Source: Candidatus Eiseniibacteriota bacterium (lineage in GTDB: Bacteria; Eisenbacteria; RBG-16-71-46; SZUA-252). From it: a stretch of 64,000 nucleotides of DNA. The notes beneath the pieces are model-generated. The model worked only from the letters and a program-made list of their open reading frames with translations, did not search any database and was not told where the DNA came from. Positions within the stretch are counted from its first letter, which is position 1. Every line of letters begins with the position of its first letter. The position numbers were made by a program, and so were the translations under genes. Where the stretch lies: assembly GCA_963703225.1 (NCBI GenBank), contig OY969801.1, forward strand, positions 608,001 through 672,000. The letters run 5' to 3'. This document shows, piece by piece, positions 10,782 through 21,583 of the stretch.

Positions 10782-11846
10782 ATGGGTGAGCGGGATCTAG
10801 ACGGCCTGCGCGAGCAGATCAGACAGATCGATCTGGCCATCGTCGCGCGGGCCGCAGAGCGCGTGGAGCTGGTGAGACAGGTGGCGGAGATCAAGCGCCG
10901 CCTGAATCTCCCGACCGTGGACTACGGCCAAGAGCGAGTGGTGCTGGAGCGGGCCCGCGCCGCAGCCAGAGAGGGCGGCCTCGATCCCGCCGTGGCCGAC
11001 GATCTGTTGGCTCGGCTCATCCGCGCCTCGGTGGGAGAGCAGGACAAGGAAAACCTGCGCCACGCGGCCGTGGGCGCCGGCAACCGTGCCGTCGTCGTGG
11101 GTGGGGCCGGCCGCATGGGCCGATGGCTGGGGCGCTTCCTAACGACCCAGAGCTACACCACGTTCGCCCTTGACCCCGCGGGCTCAGCCGATGAGAGCGA
11201 GTCGGCGCTTCGGGCATTGCCATCCGCGGAACTCATCATCTGCTCCACGCCTCCGGCCGCGACCGCCGAGCTGTACGCGGAGTGGTCGCGGAAGCCGCCC
11301 GCCGGAGTGGTCGTCGACATTGCCAGCATCAAGGCGCCGCTCATCAGCGCGATTCGCACGCTCCAGCGCGCCGGCGTCCGTGTCGCCTCGATTCACCCCA
11401 TGTTCGGCCCCACGACAATGCTCCTGCGCGATGCCGATGTCGTGATTTGCGACACGGGCGACCCGGAAGCGACATCGACGGTCGAGAGGCTCTTCCAGCC
11501 GACCACGGCGCATCTTGTGCGGATTCCGCTCGACGACCATGATCGAATCATGGCCGATCTCCTGAGCCTCGCACACGCCACGGCGATCGCGTTCGCCCTC
11601 GCGTTGCCAGAGGCCCAGCACCCGGTCCGGAGCACCACCTTCCAGGCCCTCGAATCGCTCGCCGCCGCTGTCGTGCGCGAAAGTCCGGACGTTTACTACG
11701 AAATCCAGGCCATGAACCCGCATTCGGCGATGGCCGTGGAGCGTCTGCGGGCGGCGCTGAGTCGCGTTGTCGCCGCGGTTACGGCGCGAGACGCGGAAGG
11801 ATTCCGGGCGCTGCTCGAGGAGGGCCAGAGGCGGACGCCTAAGTAG
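10782..11846 (+). CDS. tyrA: Bifunctional chorismate mutase / prephenate dehydrogenase (TyrA-like)
   Basis: N-terminal LREQIRQID...R..K AroQ helix; VVGGAGRMG, DIASIK, SIHPMFGP, HD motifs. Confidence 0.8.
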   Translation: MGERDLDGLREQIRQIDLAIVARAAERVELVRQVAEIKRRLNLPTVDYGQERVVLERARAAAREGGLDPAVADDLLARLIRASVGEQDKENLRHAAVGAGNRAVVVGGAGRMGRWLGRFLTTQSYTTFALDPAGSADESESALRALPSAELIICSTPPAATAELYAEWSRKPPAGVVVDIASIKAPLISAIRTLQRAGVRVASIHPMFGPTTMLLRDADVVICDTGDPEATSTVERLFQPTTAHLVRIPLDDHDRIMADLLSLAHATAIAFALALPEAQHPVRSTTFQALESLAAAVVRESPDVYYEIQAMNPHSAMAVERLRAALSRVVAAVTARDAEGFRALLEEGQRRTPK

Positions 11847-11886
11847 GGAGGGCTTCCGCGCCGTTCGACAGAGGGAGGGCAGTCTG

Positions 11887-12552
11887 ATGTTTGTCGGGCA
11901 TTACGGGGTGAGTTTCGCCGCGAAGAAGTGGGATGCCGCCATACCTCTCTGGGTACTGTTCATCGCGGTTCAATTACTCGATGTCGCCTGGGCACCCTTC
12001 GTGCTGCTTGGCATTGAAAAGGTGCGCATCGTGCCGGGAATCACGGCGTCGAACCCTCTCGACCTCTATTACATGCCCTACACCCACAGCCTCGTCGCCG
12101 CTCTACTCTGGTCTCTTGCGGCCTTCATGGTCTACAAACTGGCCCGGCCTGGTGCGAGCCGGGCGGCCGCACCTATCGTTGGCGCCGCCGTGTTCTCTCA
12201 CTGGGTTCTCGACCTTCTTGTCCATCGGCCCGATCTACCACTCTATGACAACACCGCCAAGGTGGGGTTCGGATTGTGGAATCTCCCCGCGCTGGCTTTC
12301 TCGCTCGAAGCGGTACTGCTGTTCGGCGGAATGTGGCTCTATTTCAAGACTGGCGTCGCGCGGCGGACGCCGACCCTGTTGTTCGGCCTGGTCATGCTCG
12401 CCATCCAAGCGTACGTGTTCTTCGGCCCGCCCCCGGCATCGGACAAGGCGGCCGCGGCGACGGCGCTCGCGGCGTACGCGATTTTCGCGTTCGCCATCTA
12501 CGTACTCGAGCGGTCCCCTGTCAGGGCTGGAGCCCCCTCTGGAGCGCGATAA
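11887..12552 (+). CDS. Membrane-bound metal-dependent hydrolase-like protein
   Basis: MFVGHY, D, YTHSL and SHWVLDLLVHRPDL motifs. Confidence 0.7.
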   Translation: MFVGHYGVSFAAKKWDAAIPLWVLFIAVQLLDVAWAPFVLLGIEKVRIVPGITASNPLDLYYMPYTHSLVAALLWSLAAFMVYKLARPGASRAAAPIVGAAVFSHWVLDLLVHRPDLPLYDNTAKVGFGLWNLPALAFSLEAVLLFGGMWLYFKTGVARRTPTLLFGLVMLAIQAYVFFGPPPASDKAAAATALAAYAIFAFAIYVLERSPVRAGAPSGAR

Positions 12553-12587
12553 GTGCGAGGGGGCGGACCTGTCGCGATGGCGGAAAC

Positions 12588-12755
12588 GTGAGATCGAAGT
12601 CGCTGATCATGATCTTCATGGTGATCGGATCGACCATCGGGAGCTGGTTGCCGTCCCTGTGGGGTGCGGGTTGGATGTCGGTTGCCTCCGTCCTCCTGGG
12701 TGGAGTCGGCGGCGTGCTCGGCATCTGGGCTGGATATAGACTCTCGCGGCTCTGA
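12588..12755 (+). CDS. Small membrane protein (55 aa)
   Basis: IGSTIGSWLPSLWG...GGVLGIWAGYR with two TM helices. Confidence 0.6.
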   Translation: MRSKSLIMIFMVIGSTIGSWLPSLWGAGWMSVASVLLGGVGGVLGIWAGYRLSRL

Positions 12756-12797
12756 TGTCGGGATGTTCGTCGCACGTGCTCCCTCGCGCTTCCGGGA

Positions 12798-13136
12798 TCA
12801 CTCCTCGACGTGCTGTTGCAGCCGTCGCAGTACGGCATCCCAACGTTTCGAGATCAGGTCGAGGTATCGGTGAGCCACGTCCAGCTGCTGGGGCTCCAAC
12901 TCCCAGCGGCTTTCGCGGCCTAGGCGGGTGCTGTGCGCCCACCCGGCGTCGGCGAGGACGCGCAGATGCTTCGTAATCGCCTGCCGCGTGAAGTTGGTGC
13001 CCCGAGTTAGTCGTGAGATGGATTGGGGCCCGCCCCGACACAGGCGGGCCACCAGGTGGAGACGCGTCGCGTCCCCCAACGCCGCGAAGATGGGAGCCGA
13101 GCTTTCGAGCCCGGCATGTCCGCGCTCAGGAGTCAC
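12798..13136 (-). CDS. ArsR/SmtB family transcriptional regulator
   Basis: FAALGDATRL...TRQAITKHLRVL HTH. Confidence 0.88.
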   Translation of the reverse strand: MTPERGHAGLESSAPIFAALGDATRLHLVARLCRGGPQSISRLTRGTNFTRQAITKHLRVLADAGWAHSTRLGRESRWELEPQQLDVAHRYLDLISKRWDAVLRRLQQHVEE

Positions 13137-13597
13137 GGGTTCTGGCGCAGATAACTCTCGATGGCGGTCATCTGGATGGTCCAGCCACCCTCGTTCCCCT
13201 TCAGGGCTTCCGCCCGGCGAGCGATCGGGATAGCGTCGAAGCCGGACTCTACGACCTTGAGCAGGGTGCCTCCCTCAGCTTCCTCGAGCGTGAACTCCAC
13301 GAGCGTCATCGGCTCCTTCGAGTAGTCCATGTTTGGCTCCACGGCGTTGGGGTGCCAGCGATAAGAGAAGAGCCGCTCCGGCTCCATCTTCTCGATGACG
13401 ATTTCGATCGCCAAGTGCTCGTAGCCGGGATAGGTGATCCGTCCCTTGATCCGGGCGCCGGCCCGGAACGGCTCCGAAAAGGCTGACTGAAACCAAGCGC
13501 CGAACTCCTTCGAGTCGGTGAGGGCGCGCCAGACACGGCTCCGTGGTGCGCGCAGCCGGACTTCCTTCTCGATGCGATCCGTGATGGTCGTGCTCAT
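13133..13597 (-). CDS. SRPBCC/AHSA1 family protein
   Basis: IEKEVRLRAPRSRVWRALTD...LKVVESGF...GW; RBS GGAGG. Confidence 0.88.
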   Translation of the reverse strand: MSTTITDRIEKEVRLRAPRSRVWRALTDSKEFGAWFQSAFSEPFRAGARIKGRITYPGYEHLAIEIVIEKMEPERLFSYRWHPNAVEPNMDYSKEPMTLVEFTLEEAEGGTLLKVVESGFDAIPIARRAEALKGNEGGWTIQMTAIESYLRQNP

Positions 13598-13623
13598 GGT
13601 TCCCCTCCCTGCGGGCTCCGCAC

Positions 13624-13649
13624 AATGCGCAACCCAATGGTTGCATATT
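13624..13649. promoter_or_regulatory. Palindromic operator, probably bound by the adjacent ArsR
   Basis: AATGCGCAACC-CAAT-GGTTGCATATT, 26 bp upstream of the SRPBCC-ArsR operon. Confidence 0.6.
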
Positions 13650-13699
13650 AAGGCCATAACACCCAAGGGTCAATGGGAAAATCCGGGGTGGGAGGGTGC

Positions 13700-13870
13700 T
13701 CGCGGCCCGCCCCCGGCGGCGCCACGCGCGTTTCCGTCCACTACGAGTATACCGCGCTCGAGCCGTCGGCCAACGCCACGGTCCACGAGATGGCCGAGCA
13801 CGCCCAGCACATGCGCTCGCACTGGAGTCAGGCCATCTCGGCCGCCTTGAACTTGCCGACCCAGGGCTAA
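13700..13870 (+). pseudogene. C-terminal remnant of an SRPBCC-like gene
   Basis: GGATRVSVHYEYTALEP...HWSQAISAAL reads like a protein C-terminus with no matching N-terminus. Confidence 0.4.
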
Positions 13871-14017
13871 CATCGCCGGGCACGAGTCGCTCTTCCACCT
13901 CGGCATCGTCAGCGACTTGCTCGGTGGGACCCTATACCCGGCTCGCCCAGCGTGCTCGGGTCAACGTTCGGAAGGGACGAGCGGACACGGGCGTACCGGA
14001 AGTGCGATAGGGGAGCG

Positions 14018-15808
14018 TTAGTTCGCTCCGCCCTCAGCTCCCGGTGTGCTCGCCGCGGCGACATACGCTTCGACCTGCTCCCGCAAAACGGGAAGAGTCA
14101 CGGCGCCGTTCCCGAGGACTGCGTCGTGGAACGCCTTGATGTCGAACCGAGCCCCAAGCCGCGTCTTCGCTTCGTCCCTCAACTTCAAGATCTCCCGCTG
14201 ACCGAGCTTGTACGCGAGTGCCTGGCCGGGCCACGTGAGATACCGATCCACCTCGTTCTCGATGTTGTTCTGGGCTAGAGCGGTGTTCTCCACCATGTAG
14301 TCGATCGCCTGCTGGCGGCTCCAACCCATCGCGTGCATGCCAGTGTCAACGACCAGGCGGCACGACCGCCACGCGTCGAGGGAGAGCATTCCCAGCCGGT
14401 CGACATCGCCGGTGTATAGCCCCATCTCGTCCGCGAGCCGCTCGCTGTAGAGGCCCCAGCCCTCCACGAACGCGGTTACGCCCTCATGCTTCATGAACTC
14501 CGGAACGCCGACCATTTCGTTGGCGACCGCGATCTGGAGGTGATGCCCGGGGATCGACTCGTGAAACGCGAGCGCCTCCGCTTCGTATCGCGGCCGAGTC
14601 TCAGGCATGTACGTATTGATCATGTACTGCCCGGGCCGCGAGCCGTCCGCCGAGGGCGGACGGTAGTAGGCGATCGTCGAATAAGGGGCTTCGTACATCC
14701 CCATGACCTTGACCACGCAACCCGTCTTGGGTTGGACCTTCCCGAACCATCCTGGCACGGCCGCCTTCGCGCGCGCCAGGGTCTCCCGGGCCTTGACCTC
14801 GACCTCCTCCGACGTCTTGAAGTGCATCTCGGGGCTCGTCCGCAGGCGCTTCTGGATCTCGGCCACGTCCGACGTGCCAAACACCTTCTGTCCCATGGCC
14901 GCGAGATCCCGCCGAAACGTCGCCACCTGTTCGAGCCCTATCTTGTGGATTTCCTCGGGGCTCAAGTCCAACGATGTGTATACGCGGATCATCTTCCGGT
15001 AGCAATCCGGCCCTCCGGGGAGGGAGCCGAGTCCCGCTTTCTCGGGAGGCCGCGCGACGGGCAGGATCTGCGCGACCAGAAAATCGTGGTATCGGATCAG
15101 ACCGGGTCGCAGCGAGGCTTGGACGGCGGCTCGGAGGTTCTTCGCGAAGCCCTCGCGGTCCGATGAGCTCCATCCCTTCCGCTCGGCGAGGGCGGGCTTG
15201 AACACCGCGAGGCTCTCAACCTGGGACTTGTTCAGGCGGTCGAGCTGGTCGATCGTCTTCTCCACGGCGCCCCGCGTCGCCGTCCGACCATGGGAGAGGC
15301 CGGACTTGAGATTCGCGACATGATCGTCGAGGTACTGGCCCATTGCGGTCACGCGCTTCACGTAGGCCGCCCCATCGTGCGCGGTGTCGATTTGCGTGTA
15401 GTCCGCCAGGCTCATGAATCGGACCTGCGGCCCACCGAGGGGATCCACCACCCAGTCCACGAAATGGCATGTGAGCTGGTCCAATTGCCTCTGGACCGAA
15501 GAGGTCAACGCTGTGCGTGTGAGCCGGTCCTTCTCCGAGAGGGGGCCAGGAGCGATGGCATTCGCGGCCGCCAGCACTTCCTCGAGGCGCTTCTGCTCCT
15601 TTGCGATTCCCGCCGGCGTGATGTCGTCGAGGCGATCGTCATAACGCTTGTCGCCGAGCTGCGTCGCCCAGGTGGGGCTGGCCTCTAGCTGGCCCTGCCA
15701 GTAACTGTCGCAGAGCTTGGCCAGGACTTCAGACCCGGCGGCGCCCGCTCCAGAAGAGGTCATGATCGCCAGGGATGAAAGCGCAAGCGTGGAGAAGTAA
15801 CGGAGCAT
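14018..15808 (-). CDS. DUF885 family secreted protein (putative metallopeptidase)
   Basis: Signal peptide; HESIPGHHLQ, FVEGWGLYSE and EVDRY..WPGQALAY motifs. Confidence 0.88.
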   Translation of the reverse strand: MLRYFSTLALSSLAIMTSSGAGAAGSEVLAKLCDSYWQGQLEASPTWATQLGDKRYDDRLDDITPAGIAKEQKRLEEVLAAANAIAPGPLSEKDRLTRTALTSSVQRQLDQLTCHFVDWVVDPLGGPQVRFMSLADYTQIDTAHDGAAYVKRVTAMGQYLDDHVANLKSGLSHGRTATRGAVEKTIDQLDRLNKSQVESLAVFKPALAERKGWSSSDREGFAKNLRAAVQASLRPGLIRYHDFLVAQILPVARPPEKAGLGSLPGGPDCYRKMIRVYTSLDLSPEEIHKIGLEQVATFRRDLAAMGQKVFGTSDVAEIQKRLRTSPEMHFKTSEEVEVKARETLARAKAAVPGWFGKVQPKTGCVVKVMGMYEAPYSTIAYYRPPSADGSRPGQYMINTYMPETRPRYEAEALAFHESIPGHHLQIAVANEMVGVPEFMKHEGVTAFVEGWGLYSERLADEMGLYTGDVDRLGMLSLDAWRSCRLVVDTGMHAMGWSRQQAIDYMVENTALAQNNIENEVDRYLTWPGQALAYKLGQREILKLRDEAKTRLGARFDIKAFHDAVLGNGAVTLPVLREQVEAYVAAASTPGAEGGAN

Positions 15809-15841
15809 CGCGGGGTGGCCTCCGGTCCGGCGCGGAATGGG

Positions 15842-16196
15842 CTACTTGCTGAAGTTGTGGCCGATCGAGGCTCGGACCGCCCAGTACTCTGCCGACGACG
15901 AGCCGAAATCGTCTTCATCCATCGTAATGTGATTGAACTCCGCCCCGAGGCCCAAGAGAACTTGGGGGCTCGCCTCGTACTCGAAGCCGAGGCCCGCCCG
16001 CGCTCCAAAGCGGGTGCTGAGATCCTGCTCGCCCTTCTGCTTGACCTCCTGGGTGGGGACCGGCCCTCCCGGCCCGCGTGTAGAAGCCGCCCCCCTGCTG
16101 GATCGTCTCCCCCTCGAGGCCGTTGTTGTTCACGCCCCAGGAAACCTCGATCCCGGCCGAGAAGCTCCGGCCGAATGTCGAAACCCGGCGCAGCAT
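15842..16196 (-). pseudogene. Fragmentary outer-membrane beta-barrel gene, frameshift near 16070
   Basis: QGGGFY then, after a shift, RFGARAGLGFEYE...GAEFNHI...WAVRASIGHNF with amphipathic beta strands; RBS GGAGG. Confidence 0.45.
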
Positions 16197-16217
16197 GAGG
16201 TCTCCTCCCTGAATGAA

Positions 16218-16304
16218 TGGTGCGGAAGGGGGGATTTGAACCCCCACAGCGTTGCCGCCACTGGACCCTGAACCCAGCGCGTCTACCAGTTCCGCCACTT
16301 CCGC
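16218..16304 (-). tRNA. tRNA-Leu(CAG)
   Basis: Cloverleaf GCGGAAG...CTTCCGC-A-CCA, loop TTCAGGG, long variable arm. Confidence 0.95.
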
Positions 16305-16382
16305 ACCGCGGGCTTCGAATTGTCGCGGGAACACGCTAATATAGGGCGCTCGCGGGGAGGTGTCAATCTCAGGGAGGGCTCG

Positions 16383-16877
16383 ATGGCGCGGGGCGCGGCG
16401 CAGAAAACCAAGAAAGACGACGATCGCCGCGTCATCTGCACCAACCGCAAGGCCCGGCACGACTACACGATCATCGAGACCTTCGAAGCGGGGATCGAGC
16501 TCAAGGGAAGCGAGGTCAAATCCCTCCGCGCCGCGAAGGCGCAGTTGGTCGACGCCTACGCCTCCATCGACGCCAACCAGCTTTATCTCCGCAACGCCCA
16601 CATCAGCCCGTATGATCCCGCGAGCTATGAAAACCACGAGCCGACCCGCGCCCGCCGCCTCCTCATGCATCGCGCGGAGATCAAGCGTCTACGAGGGCAG
16701 TTGGAGGAGAAGGGACTCACCATGGTGCCGCTGTCCCTCTACTTTCGAGATGGAAAGGTCAAAGTGGAGCTGGCGCTGGTGAAGGGCCGAAAGCACTACG
16801 ACAAGCGGGAACAGATGGAAGAGCGGCGCGCGCGTCGAGAGATCCGCGGCGCGATGCGGGGAGAGCGTCCCGAGTGA
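16383..16877 (+). CDS. smpB: SsrA-binding protein
   Basis: NRKARHDY...EAGIELKGSEVKSLR...GRKHYDKRE. Confidence 0.97.
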   Translation: MARGAAQKTKKDDDRRVICTNRKARHDYTIIETFEAGIELKGSEVKSLRAAKAQLVDAYASIDANQLYLRNAHISPYDPASYENHEPTRARRLLMHRAEIKRLRGQLEEKGLTMVPLSLYFRDGKVKVELALVKGRKHYDKREQMEERRARREIRGAMRGERPE

Positions 16878-18361
16878 ACGGGCCCGACCGCGCCACCACG
16901 TCGCGACCCAGAGCTCAGCGTGCGTCCCGCGCGTTGGTCCTCTCCGCGGTGGCCGCCGCCTTGATCGTGCTCCCCGCGCTCGCGGCCCCCACCGGCCCCG
17001 CGATCTTCGTCGAATATCCGGATCCCCGACCCGCCGAGCGGATCACCCCGATCGTGATCGACGGCGCGCGCTATGTCTCCACCAACGACATCGCCCGCGT
17101 CTTCAGCGCGACCAAGTACTGGCGGCCCGAGATCAAGAAGCTGAGCCTGCGAATCGGGGACCACACCGTTCGGTTCACGGTCGACGCGCCCATGATCCTC
17201 GTCGACGAAGCGGGAAAGAACTTGGTTGCGCCGGCGCGCCTGATCCAGGGCGACGTCTACGCCTCCGAGTCGATCGTCCACAAGCTGTTTGAATGGCGGA
17301 TCGTCACCGACGCCACCTGGGACGACGCGGCGCGGACGATCCGCTTCCGCGCCCCGGTCCACACGGTGCGCCAGGCGCAGCTCTATACGCGGGGCCGCGT
17401 CACCGAGGTGTCGGCCACGCTCCTCCGCGGCCTTCCTCCACGCGTCATCTACGCGATGCCCTCCGAAGTCCGGATTCTCTTCGAGGGGGGCACCCTCGAC
17501 ACGGCGCGCACCTTCTCCGGCGGCGTGGTGACCGACGGCTCCATCCGCGAGATTCCCGGCGGCGTCGAGCTGCGCCTGCGGCTCAACGGGGAAGCGCGCG
17601 GCTACTCGGTCTCGGTCGGATCGGGACGGCTCAAGGTATCGGTTACCGACGACAAGGACCTCGTGGAGGCGGGGCTTTTCACCGCGCTCGAGCCGGTCCA
17701 GATCGGCGGTCCCGACCGAGATGTGCGGACGATCGTGATCGATCCAGGTCACGGGGGAACCGATCTCGGCGCGACGCTTCCCGGGGGCATGGCCGAAAAG
17801 GACGCCGCGCTCGACATGGCGCGCGCACTTCGAAGCGCACTGGGGCAGCGATTGGGGGCCCGAATACTGCTCACCCGCGAGAGTGACGTCGAGCTTTCCG
17901 CCACCCGCCGCGCGGAGATCGCGAACGAGGCGGGAGCCGACCTTTTCATCAGCATCCATCTTGACTCGGAGGGCTCCGTCCGAGGGGGGGGCTTCCGGAT
18001 CTTCACGCTCCCTCCGACGGCCTCCGGCTCCGAAGGCCAGAACGATGCTCTCCCCGAAGAGGTCGATGGGATTCCGTTCCGACCGTGGCTCGGGGCGCAA
18101 TCCTCGGTTGTCGGGAGCAGCATGGCCATGGCTCAGGCGATCGCCGACTCGCTGCAGCATGCCTTCCGCGAGACGCCCGTGCTCGCGGAGACCGCGCGGA
18201 TGCGCGTGCTGGGCCCACTCACCTGCCCCGCGGTGCTGCTGGAATGCGCACCCGCGCTCCGCGCCGGACCGGAGGCGCTGAGCCGTGGCTATACCATCTA
18301 CGACTACACGCGCACCGTGGCTGAGGCGATCGAGAAGTTCGTGAAGGCGGCCCGCGGATGA
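16874..18361 (+). CDS. N-acetylmuramoyl-L-alanine amidase (Amidase_3)
   Basis: Signal peptide; IDPGHGG, EK, FISIH and VLLE motifs. Confidence 0.85.
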   Translation: MNGPDRATTSRPRAQRASRALVLSAVAAALIVLPALAAPTGPAIFVEYPDPRPAERITPIVIDGARYVSTNDIARVFSATKYWRPEIKKLSLRIGDHTVRFTVDAPMILVDEAGKNLVAPARLIQGDVYASESIVHKLFEWRIVTDATWDDAARTIRFRAPVHTVRQAQLYTRGRVTEVSATLLRGLPPRVIYAMPSEVRILFEGGTLDTARTFSGGVVTDGSIREIPGGVELRLRLNGEARGYSVSVGSGRLKVSVTDDKDLVEAGLFTALEPVQIGGPDRDVRTIVIDPGHGGTDLGATLPGGMAEKDAALDMARALRSALGQRLGARILLTRESDVELSATRRAEIANEAGADLFISIHLDSEGSVRGGGFRIFTLPPTASGSEGQNDALPEEVDGIPFRPWLGAQSSVVGSSMAMAQAIADSLQHAFRETPVLAETARMRVLGPLTCPAVLLECAPALRAGPEALSRGYTIYDYTRTVAEAIEKFVKAARG

Positions 18362-18918
18362 AGCTCACCACGCTCCACTGGCTCGGTATCGCTACGATCG
18401 CGATCATCGTCGGCGCGATCGCATTTTGGTTTGGCTTCGGTCCCGGGCGTGCGTCCAAGCTCGCCGGCGATCGCCTCACGCCCCTCGCGTCCGAGCTGGA
18501 GGGAATCCGCGGCGTCTACCTCTACTTCAGCGTGCCGGGCACCGATTCGGTCGCCGCGGAGTATCGCGACGTGGTGGTCAAGGATCGCGCGGCCGACCGC
18601 GTCCGCGCGATCTATCGGGAGCTGCTCTCCGGATCGTCGGCCGGGCTGGAGTCGCCCATTCCCGCAGGGGTCGAGCTTCTGAACGCGTACTACACTTCGC
18701 GGGGGATGCTCTACCTCGACTGGAGCAAGGCTATGGTGCAGGAATTTCGCGGAGGAAGCGGTCGGGAGCGGCAAATCCTCTCCTCCATCGTCCTCACGGC
18801 CGCGGACAATCTCCCGGACGTCACGGCGGTCGCGATCTTGGTGGAGGGAAATCCTGTCGAGACGATCGGCGGGCACTACGACGTCATGGCGCCCTTGAGC
18901 GTGTCGGAGTGGCGGTGA
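18358..18918 (+). CDS. GerMN domain protein
   Basis: N-terminal TM; LYF...ELLSG...SIVLT...VAILVEG..VETIGGH; typical amidase-GerMN-murI-rph context. Confidence 0.8.
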   Translation: MKLTTLHWLGIATIAIIVGAIAFWFGFGPGRASKLAGDRLTPLASELEGIRGVYLYFSVPGTDSVAAEYRDVVVKDRAADRVRAIYRELLSGSSAGLESPIPAGVELLNAYYTSRGMLYLDWSKAMVQEFRGGSGRERQILSSIVLTAADNLPDVTAVAILVEGNPVETIGGHYDVMAPLSVSEWR

Positions 18919-19793
18919 GCCGCGGCGTCCTCGGAGTCTTCGATTCCGGGATCGGAGGGCTGACGGTGGTCCGCCACCTCCGCCGGCTCCTGCCCACCGT
19001 TCCGATCGTCTACTTCGGGGACACCGCGCGGGTCCCCTACGGCACGAAATCGGACGCCACCGTGCGCCGTTTCGCCGGCGAGGCGGTGCGATTTCTCACT
19101 CAATTCAAGGTGGGGCGGGTGGTCGTCGCGTGCAACACGGTCTCGGCGGTGGCGCTTCGCTCCCTGGCAAAAGAATTCCCGGCCCTTCCGATCGACGGGG
19201 TCATCGAACCGGGGGCCGAGGCCGCTGTGGCGGCCACCCGCTCCGGCCGGATCGGCGTCATCGGAACGCGCGCGACCGTGGCGAGCGGCGCGTACGAGCG
19301 CGCGGTCGCGGCCGCGGCCCGCCGGGCGGGGAAGCGCGCCCGGGTCCACGCGGCTCCGTGCCCGCTACTGGTCCCGCTCGCCGAAGAGGGGATGGAGAAC
19401 TCGAGGGCGGCCCGCGAGGCGCTGCGCGACTACCTGGCGCCGCTACAGCGGCGAAAGGTGGACACGCTCATCCTGGGCTGCACGCACTACCCGCCGTTTC
19501 GCCGCGCGCTGCAGGCCATCCTCGGCCCCCGGGTGCGGCTGATCGACTCCGGCGAAGCGACCGCGAAGCGCCTGGCGCGGCGACTACGGTGGGATCGACG
19601 ACGCGCGGCCTTGCACGGCGGCAGCGCCCCGTCGCGCCGTCGCGGCGCCATGCGTTGTTATGTCTCCGACATTCCGCGACAGTTTGAGCGCATCGGCCGC
19701 CGATTCTTGGGCCATTCCCTGGGGCGCGTCGCGCTGGTGCCGCAGGACGATCTCCCGTGGTTTGAGCGGCCGGCGCGACGGGGAGGACGCTGA
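18915..19793 (+). CDS. murI: Glutamate racemase
   Basis: [19 protein letters not shown] and LGCTHYP motifs. Confidence 0.95.
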   Translation: MSRGVLGVFDSGIGGLTVVRHLRRLLPTVPIVYFGDTARVPYGTKSDATVRRFAGEAVRFLTQFKVGRVVVACNTVSAVALRSLAKEFPALPIDGVIEPGAEAAVAATRSGRIGVIGTRATVASGAYERAVAAAARRAGKRARVHAAPCPLLVPLAEEGMENSRAAREALRDYLAPLQRRKVDTLILGCTHYPPFRRALQAILGPRVRLIDSGEATAKRLARRLRWDRRRAALHGGSAPSRRRGAMRCYVSDIPRQFERIGRRFLGHSLGRVALVPQDDLPWFERPARRGGR

Positions 19794-19795
19794 CC

Positions 19796-20563
19796 GTGCC
19801 GCGAACCGGATCGACACCCAAAGCCCGCGGCGACGGGCGCCGCCTGGGTGAGCTTCGGCCGCTCACCATCCGGCGAGGCTACCTCAAGAACGCGGAAGGC
19901 TCGGCGCTCATCGAAATGGGAGGCACCCGCGTGATCTGCGCGGCGACGGTAGAGGATCGCGTGCCGCCGTTTCTGCGCAACTCCGGCCGAGGATGGGTGA
20001 CCGCCGAATACAGCATGCTCCCGCGCTCCTCCCACGAGCGGATTACGAGGGAGGTGACGCGGGGCCACGTGGGCGGCCGCACCCACGAGATCCAGCGACT
20101 CATCGGGCGGTCGCTCCGCGCCGTGACGAATCTGGAAGCGCTCGGGGAGCGCCAGATCCTGATCGACTGCGACGTCCTGGAAGCGGACGGGGGAACCCGC
20201 ACCGCATCGATCACCGGCGCGTTCGTCGCGCTGGCCGACGCGATTCGGTGGCTGACCCGCCGCGTCGAGCTGCCCGGGGCTCCTCTTCGAGACTTCATCG
20301 CCGCCATTTCCGTCGGCCTCGTGGGCGGCTCGCCGATGCTCGACCTCTGCTACGAAGAGGATTCCAAAGCCGAGGTCGACATGAACCTGGTCATGACGGG
20401 CGCGGGCCGCCTGGTCGAGATCCAGGGGACCGCCGAGGGGAAGCCATTCTCCGAGCGTGATCTGGCGCAGATGATGGATCTCGGGAAGCGCGGAATTCGG
20501 AAGCTCGTCGCCTACCAAAAACGGACACTCGGGCTTAGGGCCCTCCCCAAGGCGTGGACCTGA
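19796..20563 (+). CDS. rph: Ribonuclease PH
   Basis: [28 protein letters not shown] and [12 protein letters not shown] motifs. Confidence 0.97.
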   Translation: MPRTGSTPKARGDGRRLGELRPLTIRRGYLKNAEGSALIEMGGTRVICAATVEDRVPPFLRNSGRGWVTAEYSMLPRSSHERITREVTRGHVGGRTHEIQRLIGRSLRAVTNLEALGERQILIDCDVLEADGGTRTASITGAFVALADAIRWLTRRVELPGAPLRDFIAAISVGLVGGSPMLDLCYEEDSKAEVDMNLVMTGAGRLVEIQGTAEGKPFSERDLAQMMDLGKRGIRKLVAYQKRTLGLRALPKAWT

Positions 20564-21147
20564 TCGTTCTCGCGACGACGAACGTGGGAAAGGCGCGGGA
20601 GCTGGAACGCCTTCTCGCCGGCACGTCGAAGCGGTTTGAAACCCTCCGGGACCACCCCCACGTGGTCCTGCCCCCGGAGCGGGGAAGCAGCTACCGGGAA
20701 AACGCCCTGGCCAAGGCAAAAGCGGTGAATGAAGCCCTGGGATTGCCCGCGCTCGGAGACGATTCGGGGCTGGAGGTGGACGAGCTGGGCGGCGCGCCGG
20801 GCCTCTACTCGGCGCGGTTCGCCGGGGAGGATGCGAGCGACGCCGCGAACAACGAGCGGCTCCTCCGCGCGCTCGCGAACGTCCCCGTGGAACGACGCAC
20901 CGGCCGCTTTCACTGCGCGCTGGTCTTGGTGCGCGGCGTGGATGACGCGCTGGAAGCGGAGGGATTCTGCGAGGGGACGATCTTGGAGGCTCCCCGCGGA
21001 GATCACGGGTTTGGCTACGACCCGCTTTTCCTCCCGGAGGGAGAGACGCTCACGTTTGGCGAGCTGCCTCCCGCCCGGAAGGATTCGATCAGCCACCGCG
21101 CACGGGCCGCGGCGGTCTTGGGCCGCGCGATCCGCCACGGCGACTAG
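20554..21147 (+). CDS. rdgB: Non-canonical purine NTP pyrophosphatase (RdgB/HAM1)
   Basis: [20 protein letters not shown] and ISHR motifs. Confidence 0.93.
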   Translation: MDLIVLATTNVGKARELERLLAGTSKRFETLRDHPHVVLPPERGSSYRENALAKAKAVNEALGLPALGDDSGLEVDELGGAPGLYSARFAGEDASDAANNERLLRALANVPVERRTGRFHCALVLVRGVDDALEAEGFCEGTILEAPRGDHGFGYDPLFLPEGETLTFGELPPARKDSISHRARAAAVLGRAIRHGD

Positions 21148-21170
21148 CCGGCGTCTCTAAAAATCGAAGA

Positions 21171-21246
21171 TGGGGTGGATGACGGGGCTCGAACCCGCAA
21201 CACCTGGAGCCACAGTCCAGTGCTCTACCATTGAGCTACATCCACC
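21171..21246 (-). tRNA. tRNA-His(GTG)
   Basis: Cloverleaf, loop CTGTGGC, G-1 and encoded CCA. Confidence 0.95.
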
Positions 21247-21264
21247 GCGCGTCGGAACTGGCTT

Positions 21265-21338
21265 CGCGCCTGGAGGGAGTCGAACCCCCGACCGGCGGAT
21301 TAGAAATCCGCTGCTCTATCCAGCTGAGCTACAGGCGC
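21265..21338 (-). tRNA. tRNA-Arg(TCT)
   Basis: Cloverleaf, loop TTTCTAA; CCA not encoded. Confidence 0.95.
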
Positions 21339-21368
21339 TCTAGGAAGTCGGGGGGCGCCGGCACGAAA

Positions 21369-21442
<74 letters not shown>

Positions 21443-21583
21443 GTGCCGCCACCGGCGCCAAGCCCCACACTGTAGCCTTCGCCGCGCCGCTCCGTCAATC
21501 GGCCCATTCGCCTTGACGGAGCGCGCCGCGACGCCTATCGTCGAGGTGTTCCCCGACGTAAACCATTCGCACGGGGGTGCATC

